This document shows positions 39,285 through 48,949 of a stretch of DNA of 64,000 bases, piece after piece. This stretch comes from an uncultured virus (IMG/VR IMGVR_UViG_3300021256_000108). Lineage: Duplodnaviria > Heunggongvirae > Uroviricota > Caudoviricetes. Under the pieces are notes generated by a model. The model did not search any database. It was not told the origin of the DNA and was given only the letters and a program-made list of their open reading frames with translations. Every line of letters starts with the position of its first letter. Within the stretch, counting starts at the first letter, position 1. The stretch lies in the IMG/VR virus record IMGVR_UViG_3300021256_000108; one strand, 5' to 3'. Position numbers and translations under genes: made by a program.

Positions 39285-39505
39285 GGACACAAATTCATCC
39301 ATGATGAAATATGGAAATAGCAACCCATCCTGCTAGTAAAATCATGGTTGGGAGTCGCTACACTAACGTAGCAATAAGTATGAGATAGCCCAGACGGTTA
39401 TGCTTCTCATGGCTTATTACTTTTTACATAAAAGGTGCTCTTAACGAGGGAGTGCCTTTTATGTTTCCGAAAACCCCTATCCAATGCCGCGATAGGGGTT
39501 TTTGT
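39285..39505 (+). ncRNA. Candidate ~220-nt structured ncRNA
   Basis: TTGCGT-18-TATAAT promoter at 39249-39278; consecutive hairpins; terminator at 39470-39505; no ORF with an RBS. Confidence 0.5.
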
Positions 39506-39627
39506 TGTTTAATATATATTGTATAAAATTATTTTGGTTTTATTGTTTCTATATATAGGGTGAATATCTAAAATAGAACAATCGTTCAAGAAAAGCGCAC
39601 AATCAGCCAAGAAAATTGAATAAACGC

Positions 39628-39656
39628 TTGACTTTGTTTAACGAGTGTGGTAATAT
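39628..39656 (+). promoter_or_regulatory. Probable promoter of the middle operon
   Basis: TTGACT-17-TAATAT with TG extension. Confidence 0.5.
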
Positions 39657-39705
39657 CTTAGGCAGTTAAGAGTTTCTAAGCGGAAATGAAAGGAAGTGAA
39701 ACTGA

Positions 39706-39924
39706 ATGAAATATGATTACTCTAAGCTGATAGGGCGTATCATTGAAAAATATGGTACGCGGAAAAATTTTGCAAAAGCCATGAAGGTAAGCCCAGAAAC
39801 ATTGTCAAAAAGGTTATCTGGGAAAAGGGATTTTAGCCGTAATGAAATATATAATATTGCAAGTCTGCTAGAAATCCCGTTTAATGAATTAGAGCCGTAT
39901 TTTTTTGCGTCAGAGGTTAAATAA
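39706..39924 (+). CDS. Cro-like HTH protein (DUF739-like)
   Basis: YDYSKLIGRIIEKYGT..FAKAM..S..LS. Confidence 0.85.
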   Translation: MKYDYSKLIGRIIEKYGTRKNFAKAMKVSPETLSKRLSGKRDFSRNEIYNIASLLEIPFNELEPYFFASEVK

Positions 39925-39943
39925 AATTTAACAGGAGTAAAAT

Positions 39944-40606
39944 ATGTTGAAGTTAATTGATGGCACGAAAAGAGAACCATGCTTTACAAATGCGCAGTTA
40001 GCGGAAAAACATTACGACATTGCTATGCCTTGTTTATATAGTTACGCTATGACAAAAGATAGATGGGCTTTGCGTAAAGGTGTTTATAACATGGTGCGCT
40101 ATTCTATTTATCGTTATCACAGCATAAAGTTAGACGGGCTGACTTTGGGATATGAGTCAATGTTTGGAATCCTAGAGAGTGCTAAGTATTTCTTATCTAC
40201 TCTAACTCCCAGAGAACTTATGACGGATTTCCCCGTTACAAAAACATATGATGGGGCAAAGTATGAATGTGCTGATTACTTCTCCACCATAGAAAAATTC
40301 AAGAATTTTGATTTAGATAAGCCATTGGAACAACAAACTACAGATATAGTAGAAATCCTTTGGGGGTATCAAAATACACAAATTGCAATACTTTTAGCCG
40401 CTTTATTCTGCACAGTATCAAAAATTCAGCAAGCTAATGGAGGGGACGATTTATTTACAGGCTTCTGTAAGGCTAAAGGGATAGAGCCGCCACAAACAAT
40501 TAAAATTTACAAGAATGAAAAAGGTAAGCTATATATGATAGACAACAAAGGCAGGTCTAAACCTATTCACAAGAATATCCCCCGTTACATGAGGATAATA
40601 AAATGA
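39944..40606 (+). CDS. Phage hypothetical protein
   Basis: 220 aa; LTPRELMTDFPVTKTYDG motif. Confidence 0.7.
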   Translation: MLKLIDGTKREPCFTNAQLAEKHYDIAMPCLYSYAMTKDRWALRKGVYNMVRYSIYRYHSIKLDGLTLGYESMFGILESAKYFLSTLTPRELMTDFPVTKTYDGAKYECADYFSTIEKFKNFDLDKPLEQQTTDIVEILWGYQNTQIAILLAALFCTVSKIQQANGGDDLFTGFCKAKGIEPPQTIKIYKNEKGKLYMIDNKGRSKPIHKNIPRYMRIIK

Positions 40607-41154
40607 AAACAAAAGCAGAGGTCTTTCAAGAACTTATTGAGAAGGTCTTAGGGCTGAAATGTGAACTAGCACCAAGGGAGGATATAAAAAGTGACATTCC
40701 ACGAGAGAATAAACGAAAGCAGGGAGAAAAAAAGAGAAATGGAGGAAAGTATTAAGGATTTTTTTGCCGTGTTGTTTAGCGTTCTTCTAGTGTTTTTGCT
40801 TTTTGTATTTTTGTATTTATTTACTGATTAAAGGAGGGTAAAGGATGAAAATGAGTGATTGGGAAGATGTGAGAGAAATTGCGTATACGAAAAAAGATAA
40901 CCACCTGTTACCTTTTTTCTCCCCGTGGGTATGGGCAATGGTAACTGTGATTATCTTTCTTTTGGGGGTAATTTGTGGTGCGGGTCTAGCGTATTACACG
41001 CTATCAATCAGAGGGCTTATCTGATTGAGCAAGAATGAGCGTAGCGCAAGAATTGAGGGCTTCAAAATCCTTGCGCTAAGTGAAAGGAATGTGTCACATG
41101 AAAGACACTATCTGTATTTTACCTAAATAAATGCGGTAGTGTCAAGGAGGTAAT

Positions 41155-41517
41155 ATGAATATTAATAAAATAGACTTCAATAAAGTACATAAACGAATAA
41201 TCCTTGACAGCGTTGGGAATTTAAGTAAAGCCCCTAGTTGGATAATGGAGATAGTTAATAAAGAAAAAGAGGAAAATAATAAACTGATTGATATTAATGG
41301 GTATGTAATGGAAACAGAAGATGGGCTTATAGTTTATGAAGTTTTTGCTTTGTGTTTCGCGCATACGTTTTCTACTATGAATATTTATAAAGCTGTTAAA
41401 TGGCATACTTCTGGATTGGCGATTGAGAAAGAAACGATAATTGATAAAGTATGGGTTTCAGTTGATGAATTGAAATTATATATGGAAGAAATAAAGGAGG
41501 TAAATTTTAGTGGGTAA
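41155..41517 (+). CDS. Hypothetical protein
   Basis: GGGAGGT RBS. Confidence 0.65.
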   Translation: MNINKIDFNKVHKRIILDSVGNLSKAPSWIMEIVNKEKEENNKLIDINGYVMETEDGLIVYEVFALCFAHTFSTMNIYKAVKWHTSGLAIEKETIIDKVWVSVDELKLYMEEIKEVNFSG

Positions 41518-42004
41518 CATGACAATTCATAACATTGGTAAGGAGTTTTATAGCCTTATTGAGAAGTACGAAAATGGGGAAATATCACAAGAACAGTTTG
41601 CTGAATCCTTGATGAAGGTTGAAGAAAACAAAATTGAAAAATGTGGTAATGCAATTTGTTATCTCAATATGTTAAAACATAATATTGAAAACATGAAAGC
41701 AGAGGAAAAACGCATTAATACTATGCGAAAATCCCTTGAAAGCAGAACGAAAAACATTGAAGAAACATTTACCTATTTTTTGAGCAAGATGGGTGATAAA
41801 GAGGTGATTACGAGATACGGCATAATGAAGATTCGTAAAACCCCGCCTAGCGTAGTGATTGATGATATGGCGAAAATCCCCATGCAGTACCAGAAGCAGA
41901 AAATTGAAGTCACGATTGATAAAGCCGCAATCAAAAAGGCTATTCAAAACGGGGAGAAGATTGACGGAGCGCATATTGAACACGGTGAAAAGTTGGTGTA
42001 TTAA
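41510..42004 (+). CDS. Siphovirus Gp157-family protein
   Basis: MKAEEKRI...RKTPPSV...IDKAAIKKAI..GEKIDGA. Confidence 0.85.
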   Translation: MGNMTIHNIGKEFYSLIEKYENGEISQEQFAESLMKVEENKIEKCGNAICYLNMLKHNIENMKAEEKRINTMRKSLESRTKNIEETFTYFLSKMGDKEVITRYGIMKIRKTPPSVVIDDMAKIPMQYQKQKIEVTIDKAAIKKAIQNGEKIDGAHIEHGEKLVY

Positions 42005-42176
42005 ATGGGCAAAACGAAGGGTATGATTAACAAAAATTGTATGCGAAAATCGCTAAAATTTATCTCAAATAAATGTCACTATTGTGGTGCGAAAATTCGC
42101 AGGGGAGATATTCATTATATAGGCTTAAATGCGTATTGTAATAAATGTTTCTATGAAGGGAAGGTGAAGCCTTAAC

Positions 42177-42827
42177 ATGGCTACAGGAATATTGATAATC
42201 GGAAATTCTGGGGCAGGGAAATCTACATCACTTAGAAAATTAAATCCTGCCGAAACATTAATCATCAATGCGGATAAGAAATCTTTGCCGTGGCGTGGTT
42301 GGAAAAAAGACTACAATAAGGAAAACAAAAACTATATTGTAGAAGCAGACGCAAAAAAAATTCAAGGATATTTGCTTCATGTAAATGATTCAATGCCACA
42401 TATAAAAAATGTGGTTATTGATACGCTGAATGGCGTTATGCTTGCTGTAGAAATGGCAGAGAGAAAAGCTAACACGTTTTCAGATTGGAAGGAACTTGCT
42501 GTAAACATCTATGGTATCTGTGACATGATAGGTACGTTACGTGATGATTTGAATATTATCTGTACTGCCCACGCACAAACAGAACTTACGGATAGCGGTT
42601 ATCAATTCACCCATATGAAAACTAGCGGTAAAAAGCTAGAAAAGATTGTTGTCGAAAGCAAGTTTACCCATGTTTTCATAGCCAAAGGGAATCAAGGTAA
42701 ATTTGTTTTTGAAACTCACGCCAATAATTCCACGGCTAAAACTCCAATGGGGCTTTTTGAAGAAGATGAAATTCCCAATAACGTACAATATATTATCGAG
42801 AAGATAAAAGAATATGAAGAAGGTTAA
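42177..42827 (+). CDS. AAA_24-type P-loop ATPase (recombination module)
   Basis: GNSGAGKST, VVIDT, TAH, AKTPMGLF. Confidence 0.85.
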   Translation: MATGILIIGNSGAGKSTSLRKLNPAETLIINADKKSLPWRGWKKDYNKENKNYIVEADAKKIQGYLLHVNDSMPHIKNVVIDTLNGVMLAVEMAERKANTFSDWKELAVNIYGICDMIGTLRDDLNIICTAHAQTELTDSGYQFTHMKTSGKKLEKIVVESKFTHVFIAKGNQGKFVFETHANNSTAKTPMGLFEEDEIPNNVQYIIEKIKEYEEG

Positions 42828-42841
42828 GGAGGAATGATTAA

Positions 42842-43138
42842 ATGGGCTTATCCAGATTAGAGCAAGAAGTTGTTATTCGTTTCAATGCGGAAGAAGATTT
42901 CATGGAGGTTTATACGGCATACCCGCCGTTAATGCGAAAACTTGCAGGGCAACCCGCATATACTAAAATCCGTGAGGATAAGTTTGAGGGGGAAGTTATT
43001 GCAATGACCTTCAAGGCAGACAAGAAGTTATTGACCTTGCGAACTAAAAGAAGCACAAGGGAAATGACAGAAGAAGAACGTAAGGCGGCAGGGGAAAGAC
43101 TAAAAAAAGCCCGTTCTAGTCGCACAAACATTGATTAG
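42842..43138 (+). CDS. Hypothetical protein
   Basis: EQEVVIRFN...REMTEEERKAAGERL. Confidence 0.7.
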   Translation: MGLSRLEQEVVIRFNAEEDFMEVYTAYPPLMRKLAGQPAYTKIREDKFEGEVIAMTFKADKKLLTLRTKRSTREMTEEERKAAGERLKKARSSRTNID

Positions 43139-43237
43139 TACAATAAAACTCTTTGTGTAGGCTGTAAGGGGTATAGTTATATACCCCTACACATAAAACA
43201 TTATTTTTTATTTATACGACAATAGGAGGAAAAGTAA

Positions 43238-43810
43238 ATGATTAGTTTGGACGCAAATTGGAAGAACATTAAGGGTGATGATGGTAGCTTCAAGACGCTC
43301 CCCGCAGGGGTTTACAAGTGTGTTGTGAAACAGGCGGCTGTAAAGCAGTCTAAAAAAGGCGGCAAGGAAATGTTGGTTCTCTGTTTTGATATTGCCGACA
43401 ACAGCGAATACAACGGCTATTTCATGGATTTATACGCTAAACGGCACGAAGAAGCGGTAGCAAAGGGCGAACAGGCTAAATACCCCAACGGTGGCTGTTT
43501 CTATCAGCTTACGCAGGGTGATTTCCTCCCGCGCTTCAAGTATCTCATTGATTGCATTGAGGAATCCAACAGCGGTTACATCTTTACGGGTGATGAAAAG
43601 AGCCTTGTAGGTAAGGTGTTCGGCGCGGTTATGCGGGAGGAAGAATACGAGAGTCAGCGTGATGGGTCGATTAAGACCACCGTTAAATGTGACCGCATTG
43701 TTCCCGTAAGCAAAATCGAAACTACGAAAGTTCCAGAGTGCAAGAAGCTGAAAAACGTTTCTACGGCAAATGGTTCTTCTCCAATGGAAAGCGTAGAAAT
43801 CCCATTCTGA
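43238..43810 (+). CDS. Putative ssDNA-binding protein (DUF669-like)
   Basis: LPAGVYKC start, acidic C-terminal EIPF tail, after the ATPase. Confidence 0.7.
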   Translation: MISLDANWKNIKGDDGSFKTLPAGVYKCVVKQAAVKQSKKGGKEMLVLCFDIADNSEYNGYFMDLYAKRHEEAVAKGEQAKYPNGGCFYQLTQGDFLPRFKYLIDCIEESNSGYIFTGDEKSLVGKVFGAVMREEEYESQRDGSIKTTVKCDRIVPVSKIETTKVPECKKLKNVSTANGSSPMESVEIPF

Positions 43811-43829
43811 CCTTTTGACTAATTAATGC

Positions 43830-43880
43830 AAGCCCATTTCATAGTAATTTGCTATGGGGTGGGCTTATTTTATTTTGTTT
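43830..43880 (+). terminator. Rho-independent terminator
   Basis: AAGCCCATTTCATAG / CTATGGGGTGGGCTT followed by T-rich tail. Confidence 0.75.
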
Positions 43881-43947
43881 ATTTTATGATACGATTGTGC
43901 AATATCAAATAAATTTGTTTAATTAAAAATAAATTTGAATTTTGTAG

Positions 43948-43976
43948 TTGACAAAATAGGGGTAAATTAGTATAAT
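43948..43976 (+). promoter_or_regulatory. Consensus sigma70/A promoter for the replication operon
   Basis: TTGACA-17-TATAAT. Confidence 0.85.
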
Positions 43977-44001
43977 GGGCTTATGAATTAGAGATAAGGG
44001 G

Positions 44002-44229
44002 GTGAAAAAAATGACCGATACGGATAAGTTCAAAATTGCCATGATAAAGGCAGGTGTAACCACAAAAACAATCATGGAGGAATTGAACATCACAAGAAGT
44101 GCTTTGTGGAACAAAATGCACAACAAAAGTGATTTCCGACAATTAGAGTTGAACAAGCTGTTTGACCTGCTGAACTTGAAAACGTGGGAAGAACGCCAGA
44201 GTGTTTTTTTTGCAGACAGAGTTGAATGA
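44002..44229 (+). CDS. XRE/Cro-like HTH protein
   Basis: ELNITRSALWNKMHNKSDF. Confidence 0.8.
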   Translation: MKKMTDTDKFKIAMIKAGVTTKTIMEELNITRSALWNKMHNKSDFRQLELNKLFDLLNLKTWEERQSVFFADRVE

Positions 44230-44954
44230 TTTTACGGGGTGTATATATCGGCATGATTGAACATGGCACGATTGAACAAAAGAGAGTAGTTAAGGGTATA
44301 TGGATTCCTATTGAGATATGGGAAAACGAAACTCTTAGTATTCAAGAAAAAGTAATTCTTGCTGAAATTGATAGCTTTTGTAACCATTATGAAAGCTGTT
44401 ATGCAAGTAACGAACACTTTGCCAATTTTATAGGTGTCGGAACTAGACGGATTCAAAAAATCCTTAAATCGCTAGAGGATAAGAACCTTGTTGAAAGGGA
44501 TGTTATTTACAAGAAAGGCACTAAAGAGATTGAAAAAAGGTTTTTACGAGTTCGCTACCCCTCCTGTCCAAAAGTTCATGGGGGTGGTGTCCAAAAGTTC
44601 GTGGGGGGTGGTGTCCAAAAGTTCGCAGATAATAATACATCTATGAATGAAACATTGAATAATAATAATATATATGGGCAAAATGCCAAAAACGAACAAT
44701 CTAAAAAGCGTAAAGTCTTTATTCCTCCTTCTCTTGAAGAAGTCGAAGCCTACATCACAGAAAAGCAATTAAATATAAATCCCAAAACTTTCTGGGATTA
44801 CTATGAGTCTGCTGATTGGCACGATAGCAAGGGCAAGGCAATAAGAAGTTGGAAACAAAAATGTTTGATGTGGCAAAACTATAACAAAGATAAGCAGGTA
44901 GAAAAACCTACTCCCTCTAAGAGTAAAGTTGATTGGAGTGTTTTTGATGGCTGA
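44226..44954 (+). CDS. Phage replication initiator (N-terminal wHTH)
   Basis: KGIWIP...CYASNEHFA...FIPPSLEEV; internal iterons; precedes the DnaC-like gene. Confidence 0.85.
   Translation: MILRGVYIGMIEHGTIEQKRVVKGIWIPIEIWENETLSIQEKVILAEIDSFCNHYESCYASNEHFANFIGVGTRRIQKILKSLEDKNLVERDVIYKKGTKEIEKRFLRVRYPSCPKVHGGGVQKFVGGGVQKFADNNTSMNETLNNNNIYGQNAKNEQSKKRKVFIPPSLEEVEAYITEKQLNINPKTFWDYYESADWHDSKGKAIRSWKQKCLMWQNYNKDKQVEKPTPSKSKVDWSVFDG
44565..44665. repeat. Iteron-like repeats, probable replication origin
   Basis: TGTCCAAAAGTTC at 44565, 44588 and 44612, then an AT-rich stretch. Confidence 0.7.
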
Positions 44955-45789
44955 TGTTCGTGAATACGAAAAACAGTATGAGGAACAGAAACATCAAGCT
45001 ATAGAAAACCTTCCTAGTAATTGCGCTTTCTTAGGGATTGAATATACCCCAGAGCGTGAACAGGAGGTATGGGCAATAACAGAAGCGGTAGAAATCAAAG
45101 ACGCTTGTCTGCATTGCCAATACACGGTGGATAATTGTTATAAGTGTAAACATATCCGTTATGCAGGTTTCAAACCTTATACAGAGGAATGTGTGAAATT
45201 CAAAAAGTATATTGCACGCAATGAAATTCAAGAGTATCTAAAAGTAAGTGGTATGGGCAAGCGGTTCTTAGACAAAACTTTTGAGAATTTTGAAGTTACA
45301 GAGCCAACGCAAAAGGCTTTTAATGCTTGCATGACCTTCTGCAAAGAGTATCTTTTGGATAATGGAATACGGGGGATAAAGCTGTTTGGCAACTATGGGT
45401 GCGGAAAAACTCATTTAATGTCAGCGGTTATTCACAAACTAGCTGAATATCATAAAGCCGCTTTCTTTGTAGTTGTGCCAGACCTTTTAAAAGAAATCAG
45501 ACAGGGATTCGGTCAAGGGGGGTATTCGTCAGAATTAATAAAGAAAGTGGAGATTGCACCAATTTTAATTCTTGACGATTTAGGAGCAGAAAAATCTTCT
45601 GAATGGGTAAGAGAGCAACTATATGTAATCATTAATCAGAGATACATCAATATGTTGCCTACCCTTGTTACAACGAACTGTACGACAGAAGAATTGATGG
45701 AGCGATTGGGGGAAAGAACAGTAAGCCGTCTTATTGAAATGACTGATTCATACAAGATTACGGCTGATGATTACCGATTAAAAAAATAA
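44929..45789 (+). CDS. DnaC/IstB-like helicase loader ATPase
   Basis: GNYGCGKTHL, LILDDLGAE, RTVSRL; likely start at 44947. Confidence 0.9.
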   Translation: MIGVFLMADVREYEKQYEEQKHQAIENLPSNCAFLGIEYTPEREQEVWAITEAVEIKDACLHCQYTVDNCYKCKHIRYAGFKPYTEECVKFKKYIARNEIQEYLKVSGMGKRFLDKTFENFEVTEPTQKAFNACMTFCKEYLLDNGIRGIKLFGNYGCGKTHLMSAVIHKLAEYHKAAFFVVVPDLLKEIRQGFGQGGYSSELIKKVEIAPILILDDLGAEKSSEWVREQLYVIINQRYINMLPTLVTTNCTTEELMERLGERTVSRLIEMTDSYKITADDYRLKK

Positions 45790-45800
45790 GGGGAAATCCT

Positions 45801-47222
45801 ATGGAATTGTCGGACAAAGGAACAGAAGAAAACGTATTAGCATTGATTATGAACGCGAAAAGCCGTGAAACGGTATCTGATGTGTTCGCAAAGATTGACC
45901 CAGATTTGTTTTTCTTTGAACCGCACAGAAAACTTTATAACCTTCTTTTTGATTGTTATATGAAGGGGGAAGAAACAACTTATTTCTCTGTAAGGAATAA
46001 GCACCAACGACAATTAGACGAAATAGCACAAGAATTAACAGATGGTATTGTGACAATCGGTTTGGGTTTTAACAACATAGACTATGCGAATGAGTACCTA
46101 GAGCAATCCGAAGATGTAATAGGAATATTGGCTGACAGATTGAAAGCCAAAAAGAAAATGCGTGATTTGCACGAGATACAAATACGGATAGCCAATGGGT
46201 TAGAGCAGGAAGAACCACCAGATAGCACTTATGAAGCTATTGAAAACCTTCTTCTTAAAAACCATAGTTCAAGTGCTAACCGTTCTTATCTTTCGCCTAA
46301 AGAAATGGCGTTGATGATGGTTAATTCTGCGGCTGACCGTATGGACAAGCAAAAGAGGGAAAACGAGATAATCTATACTTCATATGAGAAGTTCAATAAA
46401 AAATCTGGGGGGTTGGAAAAGGGGAATTTAATAATTATTTCAGCGGAAAGTGGCGTAGGTAAATCCGCGTTGGCATTAAATCTTATTCGTGATGTTTCAT
46501 TTATTGGAGGGAAATCTTCTGTATACCTTAACAGCGAAATGACCGATAGCCAACAGGCAAGACGCTATGACGCACTTCTTTGCAAAGTTTCACATAAAGC
46601 AATCCGAAGCGGTGAAATCTCAATGGAAGAATATAATAATATTTTGAAAGTGGCAGATTCATTTGCAGGGAAAGAAATTCACACCATAACTATCCCCGAT
46701 ATGCAATTACCGCAAGTATTAGCAGAATTGAAACGCATGAAAGCAAAAGCGAATATTGATTTTGCTGTAGTTGATTACATAGGAAGAATGGATTTTTCTA
46801 AGAATAAAAAAGACCTTTCAGAGTGGCAATTAATGGAGCAATCGGCTAGAGAATTGAAAAATATTGCGCTCGAATTAGATATTGTTGTCGTGATGGTAGC
46901 GCAAATGTCTAGCAACGGACAGACTCTTGCAAAAGGTTCTTCAATGAAAAATGAATGTGACCTATGGATTAACATAAAGCGTGTAGAGGAAAGTGATTAC
47001 AAGGAATACTTTGATAATAATGGTGTTGGGTTAGATAAGTGGTGGAATGTTCTTCTGGATTTTAAGAAAGCTAGAAGCGCAGAATTTGGGTCTAAAATAC
47101 CAATGCACTTTTACGGTGACGAATTACTTTTTACAGACAATGAAGAAGAAGCAAAACATTTTATGTACTTAGAAAAAAAACAGGGGGAATATGTAAATGG
47201 GCGCGGCGCGGAAAAGGGCTAG
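45801..47222 (+). CDS. dnaB: DnaB-like replicative helicase
   Basis: AESGVGKS, SEM, VVDYI, LKNIALEL...VAQ. Confidence 0.9.
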   Translation: MELSDKGTEENVLALIMNAKSRETVSDVFAKIDPDLFFFEPHRKLYNLLFDCYMKGEETTYFSVRNKHQRQLDEIAQELTDGIVTIGLGFNNIDYANEYLEQSEDVIGILADRLKAKKKMRDLHEIQIRIANGLEQEEPPDSTYEAIENLLLKNHSSSANRSYLSPKEMALMMVNSAADRMDKQKRENEIIYTSYEKFNKKSGGLEKGNLIIISAESGVGKSALALNLIRDVSFIGGKSSVYLNSEMTDSQQARRYDALLCKVSHKAIRSGEISMEEYNNILKVADSFAGKEIHTITIPDMQLPQVLAELKRMKAKANIDFAVVDYIGRMDFSKNKKDLSEWQLMEQSARELKNIALELDIVVVMVAQMSSNGQTLAKGSSMKNECDLWINIKRVEESDYKEYFDNNGVGLDKWWNVLLDFKKARSAEFGSKIPMHFYGDELLFTDNEEEAKHFMYLEKKQGEYVNGRGAEKG

Positions 47223-47616
47223 AAATTCGCGAAAGACAAAAGAAAAGGCACAGTTGCGGGAACAACAATACGATATTGAAGTTTATAGAAACATCAATTC
47301 TGTAACAGAAATTCTCAAACGCTGTGAACCACAATTTAAGGCTGATATTACGGAGAATGTTATCCGTCAAATGTTTGCTATGTCCTTTATGGCTTTGCAT
47401 GATGTGTTTGGATTCGGCAAAATCAAAATTATGCGGTGGTATAAAAAGATGTTATCCCTTAACCATGAGTTGATAGAAAATGGTGGGGATAAACCATTAG
47501 ATACTTTGCTGACAGCTTTAAAAGACGAATATAAATTTGATGTTGATGAAGCAATGGTAGCAATCAACAAAGAGTTTGACCGTGAAATTGAAGAAAAGAA
47601 AAAGGCGGCGATTTGA
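47197..47616 (+). CDS. Hypothetical protein
   Basis: ALHDVFGFG motif. Confidence 0.7.
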   Translation: MGAARKRARNSRKTKEKAQLREQQYDIEVYRNINSVTEILKRCEPQFKADITENVIRQMFAMSFMALHDVFGFGKIKIMRWYKKMLSLNHELIENGGDKPLDTLLTALKDEYKFDVDEAMVAINKEFDREIEEKKKAAI

Positions 47617-47804
47617 TGTTATATGCGGTAGATTTGACGATTGAAGCAGAAAAAACATTGATTGTTGAAGCTAGTAGCAAGGCAGAAGCGGCAGGGAAAG
47701 CCAAACGGAAAGAGTTAGACCGTAAGCATTTGTTGGAAGAAGGAGAATTTATTGTTCTTTGTGCCACAAATGGAGTGCGAGAATTAAAAGGAAGTCTGAA
47801 ATGA
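47613..47804 (+). CDS. Hypothetical protein
   Basis: VEASSKAEA motif; paralog-like to its neighbour and to 53826. Confidence 0.55.
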   Translation: MMLYAVDLTIEAEKTLIVEASSKAEAAGKAKRKELDRKHLLEEGEFIVLCATNGVRELKGSLK

Positions 47805-47977
47805 AAAAATCATACAGCATATTTCTTGAATATGTAAGGGACGATTGTATGACCGTTCTGGCTAATAACTGTGATGAAGCAATGGCACTTGCAGAGGAAC
47901 GAGCCGAAAAGAATTTACATGAAGGGGAAATCGTTAGAGTTGTGGGCTTTGCATTAGACGCAGAAAGTGAGATTTAA
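47801..47977 (+). CDS. Hypothetical protein
   Basis: MKKSYSIF start overlapping the upstream stop; VLANNCDEA. Confidence 0.5.
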   Translation: MKKSYSIFLEYVRDDCMTVLANNCDEAMALAEERAEKNLHEGEIVRVVGFALDAESEI

Positions 47978-48050
47978 AAACGCAAAGGGTATACGGATAT
48001 ATGGGCAAGCATTTAGACATGGCTGAAATGGGCTTTGTTATCGAGCACGA

Positions 48051-48926
48051 ATGAAAATTATGGGGGTTATGAACATGATTGACAATGAAGTTATGAGCGT
48101 AGACGAAATTAAAGCGGTTGAACGTGTAGATAAGGATTTGCGTAAAGCCGCAAAAGAACTGGGCGAAAGTCAAGCTAGATACCTTGTTGACGCATATTAT
48201 CGTGAACAGGGTGAACGTATCGCGGCTGATAATATGGTTCGCGCCGCCAAAGAAGCGGGAGAACCTACAGAGGTTGTAGAGTTTATTGCAGAACAGCATA
48301 GAACCAATGAAAAATCTATTAAATCCATGTTGAATACTTACACTTCCCAGAGTGAATTAGGGAAATGGTGCAAAAGCATTTGCGGTATTGGTGAAGTCAT
48401 TACCGCAGGTCTGATGGCACACATTGATATTAAAAAAGCACATACCGCAGGAGCAATTTGGCGGTTTGCAGGACTTGACCCTACGCTTGAATGGGGGAAG
48501 GGGCAGAAACGCCCGTTTAATGCAAAATTGAAACGCTTGTGTTTCATTATTGGTCAGTCATTCATCAAGGTTCAGAACCGCGAAAAAGATGTTTACGGGC
48601 ATATTTTTGCAGAACGTAAAGCATTTGAGCAGAAAATGAATGAAGAAGGTATGTATGCAGAACAGGCTAAAGCGAAATTGGAAAAATTTAATATAGGCAA
48701 GAGCACAGAAGCCTATAAATGGTATTCCCAAGGTATGCTCCCGCCCGCGCATATCAATATGAGGGCGGCGCGTTATGCGGTAAAGATTTTCCTTTCTCAC
48801 TATTTTGAAGTTGCTTACGAAATTGAATACGATAAACGCGCCCCAGAGATTTATGCAATCGCAATTCTGCAACACGCGCATAAAATTGATGTTCCTAACT
48901 GGACGCATAAACCTGTTAAACCATGA
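48051..48926 (+). CDS. IS110/Nop-domain RNA-binding protein, TIGR-associated TasA-like (no nuclease domain)
   Basis: SICGIGEVITAGLMAHID...IWRFAGLDP...FNAKLK...HINMRAARYAVKIFLSH; lacks the N-terminal DEDD RuvC domain and the post-GLxP serine motif; start probably 48069 or 48075. Confidence 0.85.
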   Translation: MKIMGVMNMIDNEVMSVDEIKAVERVDKDLRKAAKELGESQARYLVDAYYREQGERIAADNMVRAAKEAGEPTEVVEFIAEQHRTNEKSIKSMLNTYTSQSELGKWCKSICGIGEVITAGLMAHIDIKKAHTAGAIWRFAGLDPTLEWGKGQKRPFNAKLKRLCFIIGQSFIKVQNREKDVYGHIFAERKAFEQKMNEEGMYAEQAKAKLEKFNIGKSTEAYKWYSQGMLPPAHINMRAARYAVKIFLSHYFEVAYEIEYDKRAPEIYAIAILQHAHKIDVPNWTHKPVKP

Positions 48927-48949
48927 AAATAGATAGATTCGAGTAATCT

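Noticed and set aside
41090..41105. Additional parS-like site TGTGTCACATGAAAGA
   Set aside because: Three mismatches to consensus; better explained as part of a local hairpin
48051..48926. Active IS110 insertion sequence
   Set aside because: No N-terminal DEDD domain or catalytic serine loop; gene is embedded in a phage operon and followed by an array rather than IS ends
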